From Octopus vulgaris (Eukaryota), in contig OX597816.1 in NCBI GenBank assembly GCA_951406725.2, positions 1,178,001 to 1,242,000 on the forward strand: DNA of 64,000 nt, read 5' to 3'. The position numbers were made by a program, and so were the translations under genes. Numbering within the stretch: the first letter of the stretch is position 1; every line of letters begins with the position of its first letter. This document shows positions 12,201 to 26,326 of the stretch, one piece after another. The notes under the pieces are model-generated. The model searched no databases and was not told the DNA's origin. It saw only the letters and a program-made list of their open reading frames with translations.

Positions 12201-13177
12201 ACTGAATGTTTATTATGCTTTATCTATTTTGCTAAAGTATTTTCATTAAATTTCTTTAAATATTTCTTATTAAAAAACAACACAAACACAAAGGTTGAAC
12301 GAAGGAATTGTTTTTAAATAAAGAAATGTTTTACTTAGTTATGCTTTTAAATTCTATTTTAGAAAACATGAAATGGAGGGTCAATCAGTTGTCAATGATT
12401 CCATGAATTGATCGAGATATAAGAAGTTTACCAACTTTAACTTCAAACATGAGATGGAAGACCAACGACGTCGTAGTTTTTATATGAAACGAAAAACATC
12501 AGAAAAATGAGGCGATGAAATGTTGTGTGATAAGTTTAAAACCCATTTAAATGGTGTAAATGTTGTCTAAGTTGAAACATGAGTGAAGTTGGAGCTGGAA
12601 AAGCAACGACATGAAATGTAAGACACAACGAGGAAGATGAGGGTGTAGAAGTTGAGGAAAATTTATGTGAAGAAACAGGGAATCTGTTGTTAGCAGCAGG
12701 ACACCAAGTGTTCAGATGAAATGGCTAAGAAAAGTAAATAGACAGGGAGAAAATGAACTGATAAATTATTTATTTATCTAACGCTCTTTGTAAAATAAAT
12801 AGTGTCAAACATCCAAGTGTCTGTGTAGTGGCTTCCTAATTTGTGTAATCAGTGATACACATCTAAGCTCTGCTGACTTGATGTAGAGTAATGGAAGTGG
12901 GTGTTGTCATATTCATGCCTCTCCCAGCGTAAACAGTGTATTGAAACGAAATTGCAGACAAGACTCATCAAGGACCATCCTTCGGAGAATATCAAATATA
13001 CAGAAAATGAGGCGAAATAGCGAGTTGTTGACACAGAACAGTCGAATGAAGGAGAGCCAAGACCCTATAAGACAAGTTAGGGTATTTCTATAAAATAATA
13101 ACAGCTGATAGAAACGTAGGTTGGCTGGTCGGTTGGTCGGTTGGCTGGCTGGTTCCTCCAGCTATGTTTTACGTCAT

Positions 13178-13219
<42 letters not shown>

Positions 13220-13299
13220 AAGAGAGATACAAAGAAAGAGTTAAGATAAAATGTGTAAGATGAGGCTTGGTGGGAATGAGCAGATAAACGCTACGCACA

Positions 13300-13342
<43 letters not shown>

Positions 13343-14249
13343 TCTTACACACACACAGTGAGAAAGAATCATTGAGGAGGAGGAGGAGGAAATTACAGAG
13401 TAGTTATGGGAGGAGCTACACAAATGAGAAATTTATTTTATTCAATGTTTCTTTGGAAAATTAGTCTTCATTTCATCATTTTGTATAAGCACCAAGAAAT
13501 TTGGTAAATGCTCGATTACAATTACTGTACATATGCCATATTTCCGAATATTACCATATTTGCCATATTTCCGAATATTACCAGTGACAGCCAAAGTCTA
13601 CTTTCAAAGTTACCTGTCATGTGATGGCCAGCACCAATAACTAAGAATTGTTACGAAACATTTTTGAGCGAGATTTTGTGAACGAAATGGATTTCCTGAT
13701 TCTAACTTTAGATAATAACATTTCATAGAGAGATAAATAAGTGTTAGAAATAAACTTTCAACAGCTTAGAACAGAGAAGAAAATAAAATCTCAAATACAT
13801 GATTATGCGCATAAATAGAAAGAAAAAAAAAAAGGAAAAAGAATTAAAGAATTATCGATATTATTTTCCAAATTGGTACAAGTGTAAGAAAAGAGAAATG
13901 TCTAATATGGAAATAAATCATATTTATGGTACTAATATTTAAATTCTGTTTGTATGCGTGTCCCATGTTTGTAGACTAAACTAGGTTGTGTCACGATAAA
14001 AATGCATTGACCTATGTACTCTTGCACATAAATACCCAGTGCCTGAAAGTATTCGAGAGGAATCTGAAACCTAGAAACCTCAGAACTGAAGAATTTTGTT
14101 TCTTATTATAAAACAAAAACAATTGTCGCCAATTTTTGACGAAAAAGAAAAGGCGCAGAACTTCGCTTGTTACGTACGAAGACACACAAACTCACGCAGA
14201 CAAGTGAAGTCATTCATGATATATGTACAAATATTATATGGACACATAT

Positions 14250-14277
14250 GGGGTGGGGGACAAACACAGACACAAAG

Positions 14278-14331
<54 letters not shown>

Positions 14332-14468
14332 GACGAACTTCTTTCAGTCTCCGTCTACCAAATCCACTCACAAGGTTTTGGCCGGCCCGCGGATATAATA
14401 GAAGACACTTGCAGTGGGACTGAACCTGGAACTATGTGGTTAGAAAGCAAGCTTCTTACCCACACAGC
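14250..14468 (-). mobile_element. SINE family A, 5' half
   Basis: Aligns with the full copy at 47884-48291. Confidence 0.85.
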
Positions 14469-16804
14469 CGTTCGTTCTCCGTTCGCTCTCTGTTTAGCTA
14501 ATGAGGTCTAACCGTTGTCCATGTTTTATAAGCAAATGTTTCGATTGAGCAGACGATCACTAATTGACTGGATCGCAAGCGTTAAGTGAAGGAATTTTAA
14601 GCAACAAAACTATGTCAACAAACTATTCTGTTCGCTGTCCAACCACCAACGAGATTCAGTTCGAGTGACTTACATTTCTTTTCATGAATCTAGTTAAAAT
14701 GATTCCAAAAATCACCCCCCCCCTTTAATTTTGCTCAGATTGCTTTCAATTTTGGTGTATCGATGCAACTCTAAATTTTGGTTACGATCAACCAATTACT
14801 TTATCTCGTAAATTAAAGAATCTGATGTTATTTGGAATTACAGTTGGGAAATTTGGGTAATTTTAGCCAATCAACAGACAGAGTGGCATTAACAGCTTGT
14901 TACCATGCCAACCGCACGTTGAGTTGGGTTTCACTTCACCCGCACGTGTTGTGTTGTGTCGATTCTTCACAGCACCAGATTTACTTCACCCGCGGGCTTT
15001 GTTTTAATAAAAATTCATATGTATCAATTAGAATTTTATTATAGATATTTTTCGTCTATTGTCTTAATATTTTACATATTTTTCATATATAGCAAAAGTT
15101 GTTTGCGACGTTTATACAGTTTCTTGGCATTATGAAGGTGAATGGAATATGTGAAATTAGTACACAACCTCACACCTACACTTGAAGCACGGTACTGACA
15201 AAGCATCGGTGGCTCATCGACTCAGTATTGCCAAGCTTCAGGGACTCATTGACTCAGATAGCTGGATTTATGATTTCACTAGGTTAATTCTATTCATAAA
15301 CATCTAAATTAGGAGTATTTCTTAAACCGTTAGCTTCACATTTCAGCAACTTATCTGAAATCTAGCCCACGTAACAGGAACTGAGAGGGATATCGTGAAA
15401 CAGAGAAACTGTGGGTGATGCAGATAATTTGACATTATTTTTTAATTCTGCATGCAAAAACATATGAGATACAGGGGTTCTTTTTTAGACAAAGTCTTTG
15501 TTAACCAGTGTTATTCTTATCGTAGTTTACAAATCCAAGCATGAAAACGTTACTCAACTTTGGAGTTTTGGAGAAAGACGCCCCCTTCACACACACACAC
15601 ACATGAATGCACAAATGTACATATAAACTTATATATGAATACATACATCCACATGCACTTATATATTAAGGTTGTACACAAATACATGACAGGTATATAT
15701 ATTACTGAAATACGCATCAAGTAAACACATATAGACAAATACATTTATATAAATTTTTAAAAAGTAATAGAAACATACAAAATGTTACAGAAATCAATGA
15801 AGAGACAAAAGAAACAGTAAGATGATACATGTTGATTTTATTAGGTATTTCTACTTATTTAGAAACCTACAATGAACAGGTCATTTCACAGACGCTAAAC
15901 TATAAATTTCACAGGGTACAACCTTAAAATTAACACCGCTAAAAGCAGAAAATCTCTGCCTCGCTATTGGCCAAAACTACACAGTTTTTCCGTTTTTTTT
16001 TTTTATCTCTAACTTTTTCCTCCAATATTTTCTCCACAACATCATGCCTTCATAGTAATAAGAGTGAAAAACTACATTAATATATCCGAATTTCAGATTA
16101 TTTACTTCCTTTTTAAAAAAAAATGCAGATTTTGTGAATTAGTTTAACCAGATCCTTTTTCATTTCACTTCACTTCAGCGATTTATTTATTTGTATATCT
16201 ATTAATGTATCTTTCTATTTGCACAACTTTTGATATATCTGTAGACTCACCTACCTACCTACCTACCTACCTTCCCATCCGTTCGTCCTTCTGTCTGTCT
16301 GTTTTTCTGTTTGCCTGTCTGTCTAAGTGACTATTATATCTAGTTACCCCCTCTGTATTTACTTTAGTTTCATAATACCGATAAGCATTTAAAAGAAAAG
16401 AAAAATATGAATAACAGTGTTGCCCCAGCACCGCTGCCGGTTCTGGTCTGGAACATGTAAAAGACAAAAGCGTAACTTCCACAACTATTCGCTAACTAAA
16501 TTAATTTCACTTTGTTTTGACCATCTATCGATAAATATCTTTTAAAGCATGAATTTGTAGATCTTCATGACATTGTTTCATTCTGCTAAACATTTCGATT
16601 GTGCCAGCGTTTACAAAAGACAAATGCAGAATAATATACCTCCCCTTCACTCTCTCTTTAACACTATGGACCTTCTCTATTCCCCCCCTCTCTCTTTGTC
16701 TCTGGCATTAATCCCTGATTCAACTATTACCCCTTTCGTTCTTTTCGTTAATGTTAATTATTCCCATCCTCTCTCTTTCTCTCCACACACACACACACAT
16801 GTAC

Positions 16805-16920
16805 ATACATACATACACACATACATACATACATACATACATACATACATACATACATACATACATACATACATACATACATACATACATACATACATAC
16901 ATACATACATACATACATAC
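16805..16920. repeat. (CATA)n microsatellite
   Basis: Directly visible. Confidence 0.95.
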
Positions 16921-17456
16921 AGGTCATCAAGCTAGTAAATCAGTCTGATGACAGTTGCTAGCCCGAAACATTATATTTATATATATTTTTTGCAAGGAAA
17001 AGTTTGACTGTGACTTCGAAGTTTCGATATTCAACTATAAATGCTTTGCAGTAAAGGACTACTTGTATATTCTATTTTGATGGAACTCTACTAGTTTTAG
17101 TGTCACATAAATTGCTTTTGCAAGACGTACACAATCGCTAAATAGACCATACAGTTGAATTATATATAAAGGTCCAAATGTAGGGGTAGCTGACCCCTGC
17201 TTCTGACGGAAATGTCTTGGGTGGTGGCGGACACTCAGAAATTCGTCTTCTATATTCACGTAATTGCACGCGCGCGCACACACTTACCTACGCGTGTGTG
17301 TTCAAAATATGCACACGCTCTCACCAGTAACCACTGCTTACAAAAGAGTCAGTAGCGTTAATGTACTTTCCAATAAAAACGAGTACCTCATTGTACTTTT
17401 GTACTCACAGGAACACACACACACAACACATACACACGTAGCAGACATACACACGT

Positions 17457-17516
<60 letters not shown>

Positions 17517-18814
17517 ATCATCATATATTAATGCAGGCAAACCAACAAGGAAGTTTCTATATAGTCGTACGATTTGCTAAAAATAGGAACCAAATCTCTC
17601 TCAGATCAAGTCTTAACGTCGTCGAAAAAAGCTTATTTTTAAAACGTGATTCTAAGGCACAATGCATATAAAAAGGATTTGATTGTCACATCTGGAGAGC
17701 CTTCTTCATAATTCATGTTCGATCAGGTCTGGCTTCAAGCTAAACAATACACATATACACACATATATTACAAACAAATATACACATACATAATCACTCA
17801 CAAGCATATACACACATCAAACGGTCATTATTATTAACCAGACAATAAGATTACGTGAAAAAACTTGCTCCCTCAGTGTTTCTGCGAAAGTCTAAGTTTC
17901 AAAAACATTCCGTCAATCATAACGGATATAAAGGATACTTACGCGCGTGCGCGCGTATGCATATGCACACATATGTATATATGTATGTATGTATGTATGT
18001 ATATATATATACATATTATATACATATTATATATATATATACACACACGTATATACATATATATGTGTGTGAGTGTATGTACTAAAAGCGAAGAGAGAGA
18101 GAGAGAGTGGGGCACCAGATCGTAGTAAAATCACAAACTCACAAGCGAAATAAAAATAAAGATAGAAGTAAAGATTGAGTTGTAAATAACTCCGAAGAAA
18201 CGCAATCTGTGTACATTTGGGTGTGGTTCGTCAAATTAATGGCACGGCGCAGCCATATTAATATCGCCTGCTTTATGTGGAAAGCAGCACTATTTTCTCT
18301 TTATTCTTAATCATATTTGTTTATTTTATTTCTTTGCTTTGGTTTTCTTTTCTTTTCTTTTTTTTTAGCAATATTTAGCTGTAAATAATTTATATTTTGT
18401 TTTCTATTTTAAGATAATCAGCAATAAGAACTTTTCCCAGATGAGCCACGTCGATGCGGTCAATGGACTTTTCGGGTGTAGGCTTGGTTGAGAAATGAGC
18501 ACAAAGCTTGTGTTAATTGTATAATATCAACTCATGTGTTTAAAGTAGTTTGCAAGGAGTTTGGAAAAATAGAAAAACAAAAACAAAAACATTCGCAGCT
18601 GGTCTCCCGTTTTATAGTATTTGCCCGTCGGCTTCTTAAGTAAAGAAAGAATTATAAATAAAACAGCTGATTGTGGAGAAGCACAAAAACTGTTATTACG
18701 TGGAATTTAGGCTCAGTCTGGGATTTGCCTCAATTTAATTCTCGTTCAGTGATTTAAAGTTAGTGTTTGTCAGGTCGGATGTGTGTGTGTGTGTGGGGGG
18801 GGGGGGTTGCATGC

Positions 18815-19100
18815 ACCGTTGCAGCGCGTTGCTGTATTCACCATCTGTCGGTATATTCCCAAGTCCTCTTGGACGACCTGCCGAGCAGAGTCCCAGTCAG
18901 TCCCCATTTCCACGAGATACTTCTTAATCTTCACAGTAATCATGTGGCATGTGATCGACCAACATTAGTTGTCAACTTAGCCGGGTCCTCAATGAAGAGA
19001 ACATTGGAAGCAGGGTCTAACTCTGAAAACCGAGCAACAGAGCCAAACAGTCTGAGCTGGTGTTCTCCCGAATCATACAAGAAAGAAGATGAGTCTTAGT
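18815..19100 (-). mobile_element. RTE-clade LINE 3' remnant
   Basis: Minus translation HQLRLFGSVARFSELDPASNVLFIEDP...GRSHAT* and MGTDWDSARQVVQED; matches the RTE LRxFGHVAR...GRP...W tail. Confidence 0.75.
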
Positions 19101-19784
19101 TTCTGAATAGAGTTGTTGTTTAGATAAAAAGAAACACTAATTTTCACCAGCATTCCAGGGTCGGCACTACGTGAGCCACAATGCTCGCTCTCCCTAGCGT
19201 GCAGCTTCCTATCTCGGACATGTGAGCATGCGCGCAATAGCCAAACACTGCGTCGCTGGTACTGTGAAGCGCACAGTTCTATACAAGAATTTTTGTATTT
19301 TTTTTCATAAACTAGTGGATAGCTACTTGCATTAAGCTTAAGGATTATATAATGTACAAGTATAAAGAAAAAAGGACTCATTATATTGAATGTTATCGAT
19401 AATATCGAGTGGAAATAGGGGGTGCCGCAGTTCCGCAGTGCCTATACATGAGCCGCCACTGTGCAAGATATACAAGATATACCACATGGAAACAAAATCT
19501 TCAACGGTGTCCCATTTTAACTCCCACCATCGTCACAACGATTTATGATATAGATGAGAGAGACAGAGAAAGAGGGGGATGGGGAGGGGTTGGAGGAGGA
19601 GGGGGAAGAGGAGGAGGAGGGGGGAAGAGGAGGACAAACTTATTGATTGTATAAAGCTAGTTCTTAATGCCTATTTTGACATATATAATTCGAAGAAAAT
19701 TAATTTCAACTTAATAACCGCCAATGATAACATTAAATTAGAAAGCGTTACAGAACAGACTTATCACAATAACGATGATCTCAT

Positions 19785-20020
19785 GCATCCTTTGTGATCT
19801 TAAGATCTTCCAGAGGGTTTCACTGCCAAAATTCAGGTACAATAGGACGTTCCACCCAAGGCACAGTTCAATAATGTTCTTTAGTGCCAAGACCTGCTCA
19901 ACAAATTTTGTTTGCTCTTACTCCACCTTGCAATTAATTGCTCATTCAATTCATTAGAAGAGAATGCTGTTAGAGATGGACAAGGGTTAGACACGATGCC
20001 GATTATCGCAGTTCTGTAAG
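19785..20020 (-). mobile_element. RTE-clade RT fragment, internally deleted
   Basis: Minus translation EQVLALKNIIELCLGWNVLLYLNFG-SETLWKILRS. Confidence 0.7.
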
Positions 20021-20139
20021 TTACCTCTCTTGACCAAACTCCAGAAGTAATTGAGGACAAACAAGGTAAAGATACAGCAAGATGTAATTATTCGATATAA
20101 CTAAAATGTCGAACGTCGGAAGACGGATATAGTGATTGT

Positions 20140-20760
20140 GAATAAAGAGGGAAAAAACCTTTTTAATCAACCTCTTTTGCCTTAGCCACCAGGCTAGGGG
20201 AAACTGTCTCCCCTTCCTGGCCAACAGAAAGCCGCGGAGCGATCTTCACGGCGGAATCGGCGGATAGCCGGATCTGTCCTACACGTGAAAGCAGCATTGT
20301 ACGAGCACGTCGCTCTGCGTGCCCATCTCGGACAGGCACGTCTGACGACATTATCATGTCAGTAGAGTTTATCTCGAACCGGCAATGTTCCACCCACCCT
20401 CATTTCACCGTTAGTATTGCCAAGCCAGAGATTTCTAGAAATGATCCATACCCGAAAGTCCTCTGGAAGAAGACCTGCAACCAGTTGATTTTCATCAACG
20501 TATAGAATTTTCCTCGGGGACATCGTCGCTCTTATCTACCGTTAATACTCTATCGAACGCCATGGTAGAATATCCCCTGACCGCGTGGTTCGACTGGCAT
20601 CAGGCCAAGGCTGCTGCTCTATCAAAGAGCCGAGCTGTAGAAAAGTAGGTGTTACTAACGGTAACCACACTTGCTCAAGGGAATACCGAAGATACCGTAA
20701 GCCTCAGCATGTCTGCGCATTATCAGACACGACATGCCAAGTCCTTCATGCAACGGATAT
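20140..20760 (-). mobile_element. L1/Tx1-like LINE fragment
   Basis: LLSRVGQIRLSADSAVKIAP...LVAKAKE; shares gttcgagataaactctac with the plus copy near 21620. Confidence 0.75.
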
Positions 20761-21329
20761 TCACAGCAAATGGACCGTCAGACTGGAAGAACAGGTGCCT
20801 ACATAGAAAGTAAAAGAGTCAGTTCTCCATTCTGGTCAGCCATAAAGCGGAGCAAGGCTGGTGGTAGTTGATTACGAATGCTGCTATGTAGGCATTTGCC
20901 AGTTTTGTCCGACCCTTTAGGGATAGTTACTTCTCGACCCATTTCTATGTGAAACTACCCTGCTTATTTCATCTTCGCAAACTAAACCTCGAGCAATTTA
21001 ACTAGTCCCATCCGTCTAGAGCCCTGAGATGTTGTTGGATGGTATGGACTGCCCTTGCATGTGGCAAACTGCTGGTCCAGTGACTTGTTAATTTTCGCTC
21101 CTGTCACCATCTCGTGCTCCCTTGTGAAGTGTTGATCACTCCGATGTTTATGGTGTGTCCGAGATTATTACGCTGGCGTCTGAATGGATCATGCTCCAAG
21201 TCTTGATGGTTGATTCCATTAAAAGCTTTCAACTAATCTGAATTGATCAGAGCCTCACTCATGCCGCTAAGGATTTTGCCCGGTGTGCTAACGATTCTGC
21301 CAGCTCGTTGCATTTGTTGCTCTCTTTGA

Positions 21330-22350
21330 CAGAGCTGCAGTCCTGAGTGAAGGAAAGACCGAAACTGGGTGCCTGGCATTTAAAATGTCGTCAGGCTCTA
21401 ATAGCCCGCCAGCAGTTGGGCAATGGGGTCGGTGGATGTTCCATTTTAGTAATATAGAGAGGATTAGTGGCGGGGAAGTGCGACGACATCCTCGGAGAGA
21501 CTCTGGGCATCGTCGAAAACGAATAGGTGAGTCTGTTCTGAAGGATTTTTCGGTCGGGGACAACCATAATTTTCAGATGTCATAGGCCTGCCAGTGCGAT
21601 CGGGTGGGGGCGCTAGTAGTTCGAGATAAACTCTACAGACACGAATGTACTGCCAGACGGACTTGTCTGAGAAGCGTGCAAAGTGACGAAACTGTCCTGT
21701 ACGCACTCCGGAAATTGCTTACTTGTGGAGTTATGCTGAACAGCTTCCTTTGTGTGTGGGAGGGACCAGTTTATTGGCCGAGTCCATGGTGATGATTCGC
21801 CCGCCACCTTCCTTTAATCGGACAGACAAGGCAGTTTTCCTTTGCTAGAGGACTGTGATAAAAGAGCTTGTCTAGTGGGCGAGGCTGAAAGGCATGGGGA
21901 CAGACACATTCCTCTTTGATAGAGTCCTCATCGACTTTTTCAAGTTTGACTTGAAAAGGAAAGTGAGAGTGGAGAGTGCTGTACTCGAGTGAATTTATTG
22001 AAAGGTAGGTGAAATTTGCGAAAATGGCAAGAGTGGATCGTACCGTTCTAAGTATAGAGCTGTGAGTCAGAGAAAAGGAATTGGAGAGAGAGCAAAGCCC
22101 TTAGTATTCAGGGAAATCTTGGACGGTGGGGTTCCTCTGTTATCCCAAGAAACTATCCTGTATCAAGAGGACCACATCCTTTTTCCCCCTTTTTAATGCA
22201 TACCATGTGTATCTCCCTTCTTTCTTTGATCGTATACTGTGTATACTTCTTCATTTTTTATCATTTCATCATATGTAAATCTCCACACTATACACTTGTC
22301 TTTGTATTGTCCCCTTTGTCCTTTGCCCTGGTGGCAAATAAAAGAAATCA
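21330..22350 (+). mobile_element. L1/Tx1-like LINE 3' fragment with 3' UTR
   Basis: GALVVRDKLYRHECTARRTCLRSVQSDETVLYAL (decayed C-terminal zinc finger), LIDFFKFDLKRKVRVE, 3' end gccctggtggcaaataaaagaaat followed by (ATC/ATT)n. Confidence 0.8.
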
Positions 22351-22831
22351 TCATCATTATTATTCATTTATCTATTTATTCATTTATTTATTTATTTACT
22401 TATTACAACTATGGTTACGATATTTTAACTTAAAATGTTTGTATTTATCTTTAATGTGTCTTTAATTTCATGTGCAAAGATGGAATAACAACACATCGTC
22501 CCAATTCTGGTCTTTAGAGACTCTATGAAGAGTCGCAAAGATCATCTAAGATGACTTTCTGGCTTTTTCTATGGTAATGTAAGAAATAATTCAGTTGCAC
22601 TCATATGGAAACTTAACAACCGAAAAAAAATGAGTGAAAAGCTTTGCACACACACACACACACACACACATATATACAAGCACGCGCGCACTTCCGCATA
22701 CACATACACATGCACATACATATAGTGTGTATGTTCTTAATGCTTATTTGTTGCGCGTATATACGACTTGTGTGTGTGAGCGCGCGCGTGTATATGTGTG
22801 TGATCGTGTGTGTATGCGTGGTAACAACTTG

Positions 22832-22942
<111 letters not shown>

Positions 22943-23184
22943 GTAATATATACGCCGCAACAAGTAAGCAATGGGAACAGACACTTAAAGGCACTCGTAA
23001 GATTTTCTATCTCCGTACTTCTTCGGTGGGTGTGTCGAGGATCAACATATTTTTGAGATTAATTGAATGAATAGAGAGATAAATAAATAAATATTTACTC
23101 GTACAACTAATTATTCGTAAGCAGAGGGTTGCATCTACATCCCACTTGATCCCAAAATCAATAATACAATAAAAAATATAGGAC

Positions 23185-23237
<53 letters not shown>

Positions 23238-23974
23238 TATTCATCATCACTTAACATAAGGAATTCGTACCAAGTAAAACATAAATTAGCAACATAAATG
23301 AAGAAATAAACGGGGTATGAAACGTAAATGGAGGAAGGTTAATAAAGAAAAAGAAACGTTGGTGGATGGTTTGCCTTATATTTTTATTGGTACTTAAGAA
23401 ATATAATTATAGCAAAGAGCTAAGATTTAATGCCAGTTCTTATGACAGCTGCAAAAAGATCACAAATAATTCTAAGTAATTTTTCAGAACATTTGAAGCG
23501 TCTTCTCGCTTTGATAATGGTTATTACATGAAATTATCAGAAATAGAGCAACACCTTTGTAGAGCTGAATTGGTACAGAAGTACGAAGTATGGCCAACAG
23601 CAGCAAACATTTGCTCCAATTGCGGAGAAAGTCAGTCCGGTCGTAAGGCAGCCACAGAATGCTTAATTAACTCATTTTCTATCAACCAGCATGTGACATA
23701 CAAGAATGGCCGACTCTTGGTAGTTAAGTCAGAACATTCAATGTTCAAAATCAAAAGTCGTATAATTGAAGTAGGGATACATACAGCATATGTCCCCTAT
23801 TTCCAGTTGTCTCTCATAGAAATGAAAGATTTTATATTAAATTTGATTCGTTATTAACATTCATTTAGAATTATTTTTTCCCCGAATCTTAAAGACCCTT
23901 ATGACCGTCTACTTGGTTTCCTTGACGTATATAAATGATCGAACCCACAACATTCCCACTGAATAGGATTCCGA

Positions 23975-24730
23975 TCTGTTACAGGGTTCAAAGCCAGAAA
24001 ATTTTGAGAGGAGGGGCAAGTCGATAACATCGCTTCCGGTAGCTATAAAGTTGACTTCGGCAGGATTTGAACTTAGAACGTAAAGAGCCCGAAGAAATGT
24101 TGCTAAGCATTTTGTCCGACACACAGACGGTTCTGTCATCACGCCATCTTATTACAGATGCATTGAAACAATAGCAGTAAAAAACAAGTTATCTTCTTCT
24201 TCAATACTTCTGAACTCTAAAAGTGTTTGAGATTAAAAAAAATGTATAATCACAATTTGATATTCCAAAAGTTGAACCGTTTCTACATTTCTTGCACGTT
24301 TCGTTATTTCGTACGAATGCTCAAGAATATTCTTTCTAATTTAGACACAAGGCCAACAATTTTGGTGGGGAGAGGTCAGTCGTTTACATCGTCTCCAGTA
24401 TTTGACTGGTACTTTAGTTTGATTGGTACTTTAGCTTGACTGGTACTTTAGCGATCACCGAAGGATGAAAAGAAAAGTTGACAAGGGCGAGATTTGAACT
24501 CAGAATGTAAAGAATCGTAAATAAATACTCAATAGTTTCAGATATGGTTTCTAATTGAGACACAAAACCCAGCAGTCTTGAGGCAAAGACAATGGTCGAT
24601 TACATTGACTGCTACTTTACTTTATCGATGATTCCGCAAGGATAAAAGGCAAAGTACACCATGCCGGGATTTGAAGCCTGAACGTCAACAGTCGTAAATA
24701 AATACATCAAATCATCTCATCCAACACTTC
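23975..24730 (-). mobile_element. Cluster of three decayed family B SINE copies (~23975-24145, 24335-24520, 24550-24730)
   Basis: Recurrent atttgaact.agaa.gtaa, aaagttgac and gacacaa motifs in the same orientation. Confidence 0.65.
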
Positions 24731-26166
24731 AACGACTTACAACCAACCTGCCAAATCCTACAAACTTTTATCAAACTGAAGTTTGCTGCATTACTTCAAT
24801 TAGTAAGTTTTGCTGATATTAACATTAAAAGATTATTGTTTTTGAATAACAATTAGTCCTATCAATGGAAACAAATTAAGTTTGTGTACAACTTCAATTA
24901 TGCTTAATGAAAATTGTTCTAATACCAAATTAGATACAAGTCTTCGGTAAAAGTAAGTTATCTACTGTCTCTCAAGTTATTAGGAAGTTAAACAAAACGA
25001 AGGGAACAAACTAATATCACAGAACGATATCATTATTTTTAATATATTTTATTCGACGGCCATCATTTAAACATCATAGACGATTATCTCGCTATACTTG
25101 TTGAATGGAAGAAGGTAACCCTTTCAACACGCAAGTACGCTTGTTTCATTCGACTGTAACCCCTAGAAGACGCAAAAGTAAATGGCCTTTTATGGTGTGG
25201 GCAGAAACCTCGTTATTTCCAACTGTAAAGTGTACTCGTGAGTTTATATGAGAACTGAACCACAGAACCTTATAACAATTATCTACAATGACGAAGGTGT
25301 ATATATATATGAGTATGAGGGATATTAAATTATACTTTTACAAGAACAGGCGTGACAGTGACTCCGAAGTTTTAGTCTGCTAACTTTCGTATGACGAAAG
25401 CTAGCAAAAATCTGAAAACATTATCAAAATTTTTCTTGTAAAAATACAATAAAAATATGTACAGTACAAGAAGTGTTGAGTAATTCTTCAGTTTAATGCA
25501 AAAGTGTTTTATTATAACTTGACATAAAGGGCGAACTGGCAAAGTCATTTTCGTCAGTCTTCACGTTTTCAGTTCAAATGCCGCCAATTGCAGGCCTTGT
25601 GCCTATTGTAGAAAGGATTATTAACTCAACATAAAAGCAACTACATAAATAGATATATGTATTGTATTGTGGATCTCCGTTGCTCGACGATGAAGATTCA
25701 GTTGTTCGTGATCAGCTGAATTACCTACTCCCGAATTAATGAATACGTGTCTGAGTATTCCACAGGCACGTGTACCCTTAACGGAATTCCCAGACATAAT
25801 CAGCGTGACACAATGTGATAAGGATGCACCTTTTGAATTATGGAAATAATCTACTCAACGAGCTTCTATACAGTTTCCGTCACCCCGATTTCACTATAAA
25901 CGTATGGATAAATTCGTGGCTATAAAAAATTATATTCGTCCAAGGTGTTTCGCAGTGAGATCGAACCCAGTACTTCGCATTTAAGAAGCGAGCTTTTTAA
26001 CCCCTCGGTCACACTACACCTACTCTAGTATATTGTAGCGTATATAACAGTTATTCTGCAGCATTACAATGAGGGGAATACACATCACATTATTATTTTC
26101 TACCAAATTTTATCGAAATAGGCTATGTCCTGATATTAACAGATCCAATCTATAAAAAAATTATGG

Positions 26167-26326
26167 GGCGGAGACAAAGAATACGTACACCACCCGTTTT
26201 CAGCGTAACAAAAACCCTAACCCTAATCCTAACCCGAAACCTTAATCCTAACCTTAAACCCTAATCCTAACCCTAAACTTTAACGCTAACCCTAAACACC
26301 GGGTGTGCGTATTCTTTACTTTCGCC
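26167..26326. mobile_element. Mutator-like MITE with central degenerate (TAACCC)n
   Basis: 25-bp TIRs (20/25 matched) with GGCG...CGCC ends; 9-bp TSD aaattatgg/gaattatgg; core of telomere-type hexamers at ~26213-26295. Confidence 0.85.

Noticed and set aside
13534-13583. Short tandem duplication tgccatatttccgaatattacca x2
   Set aside because: Two copies only; ordinary slippage, not a CRISPR-like array.
14875-14950. CCAAT, RFX-like gttaccatgccaac and CACGTG motifs
   Set aside because: Imperfect match, and the context looks like a decayed DNA transposon interior.
16945-16973. CUGAUGA...GAAAC after a (CATA)n tract
   Set aside because: Stem II barely pairs and there is no stem I; too decayed to call.
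23528-23857. 109-aa ATG ORF with a CSNC motif
   Set aside because: No recognisable family or splice support; length is within chance expectation.
24400-24450. Three copies of ttga(c/t)tggtactttag
   Set aside because: Local duplication within a SINE.
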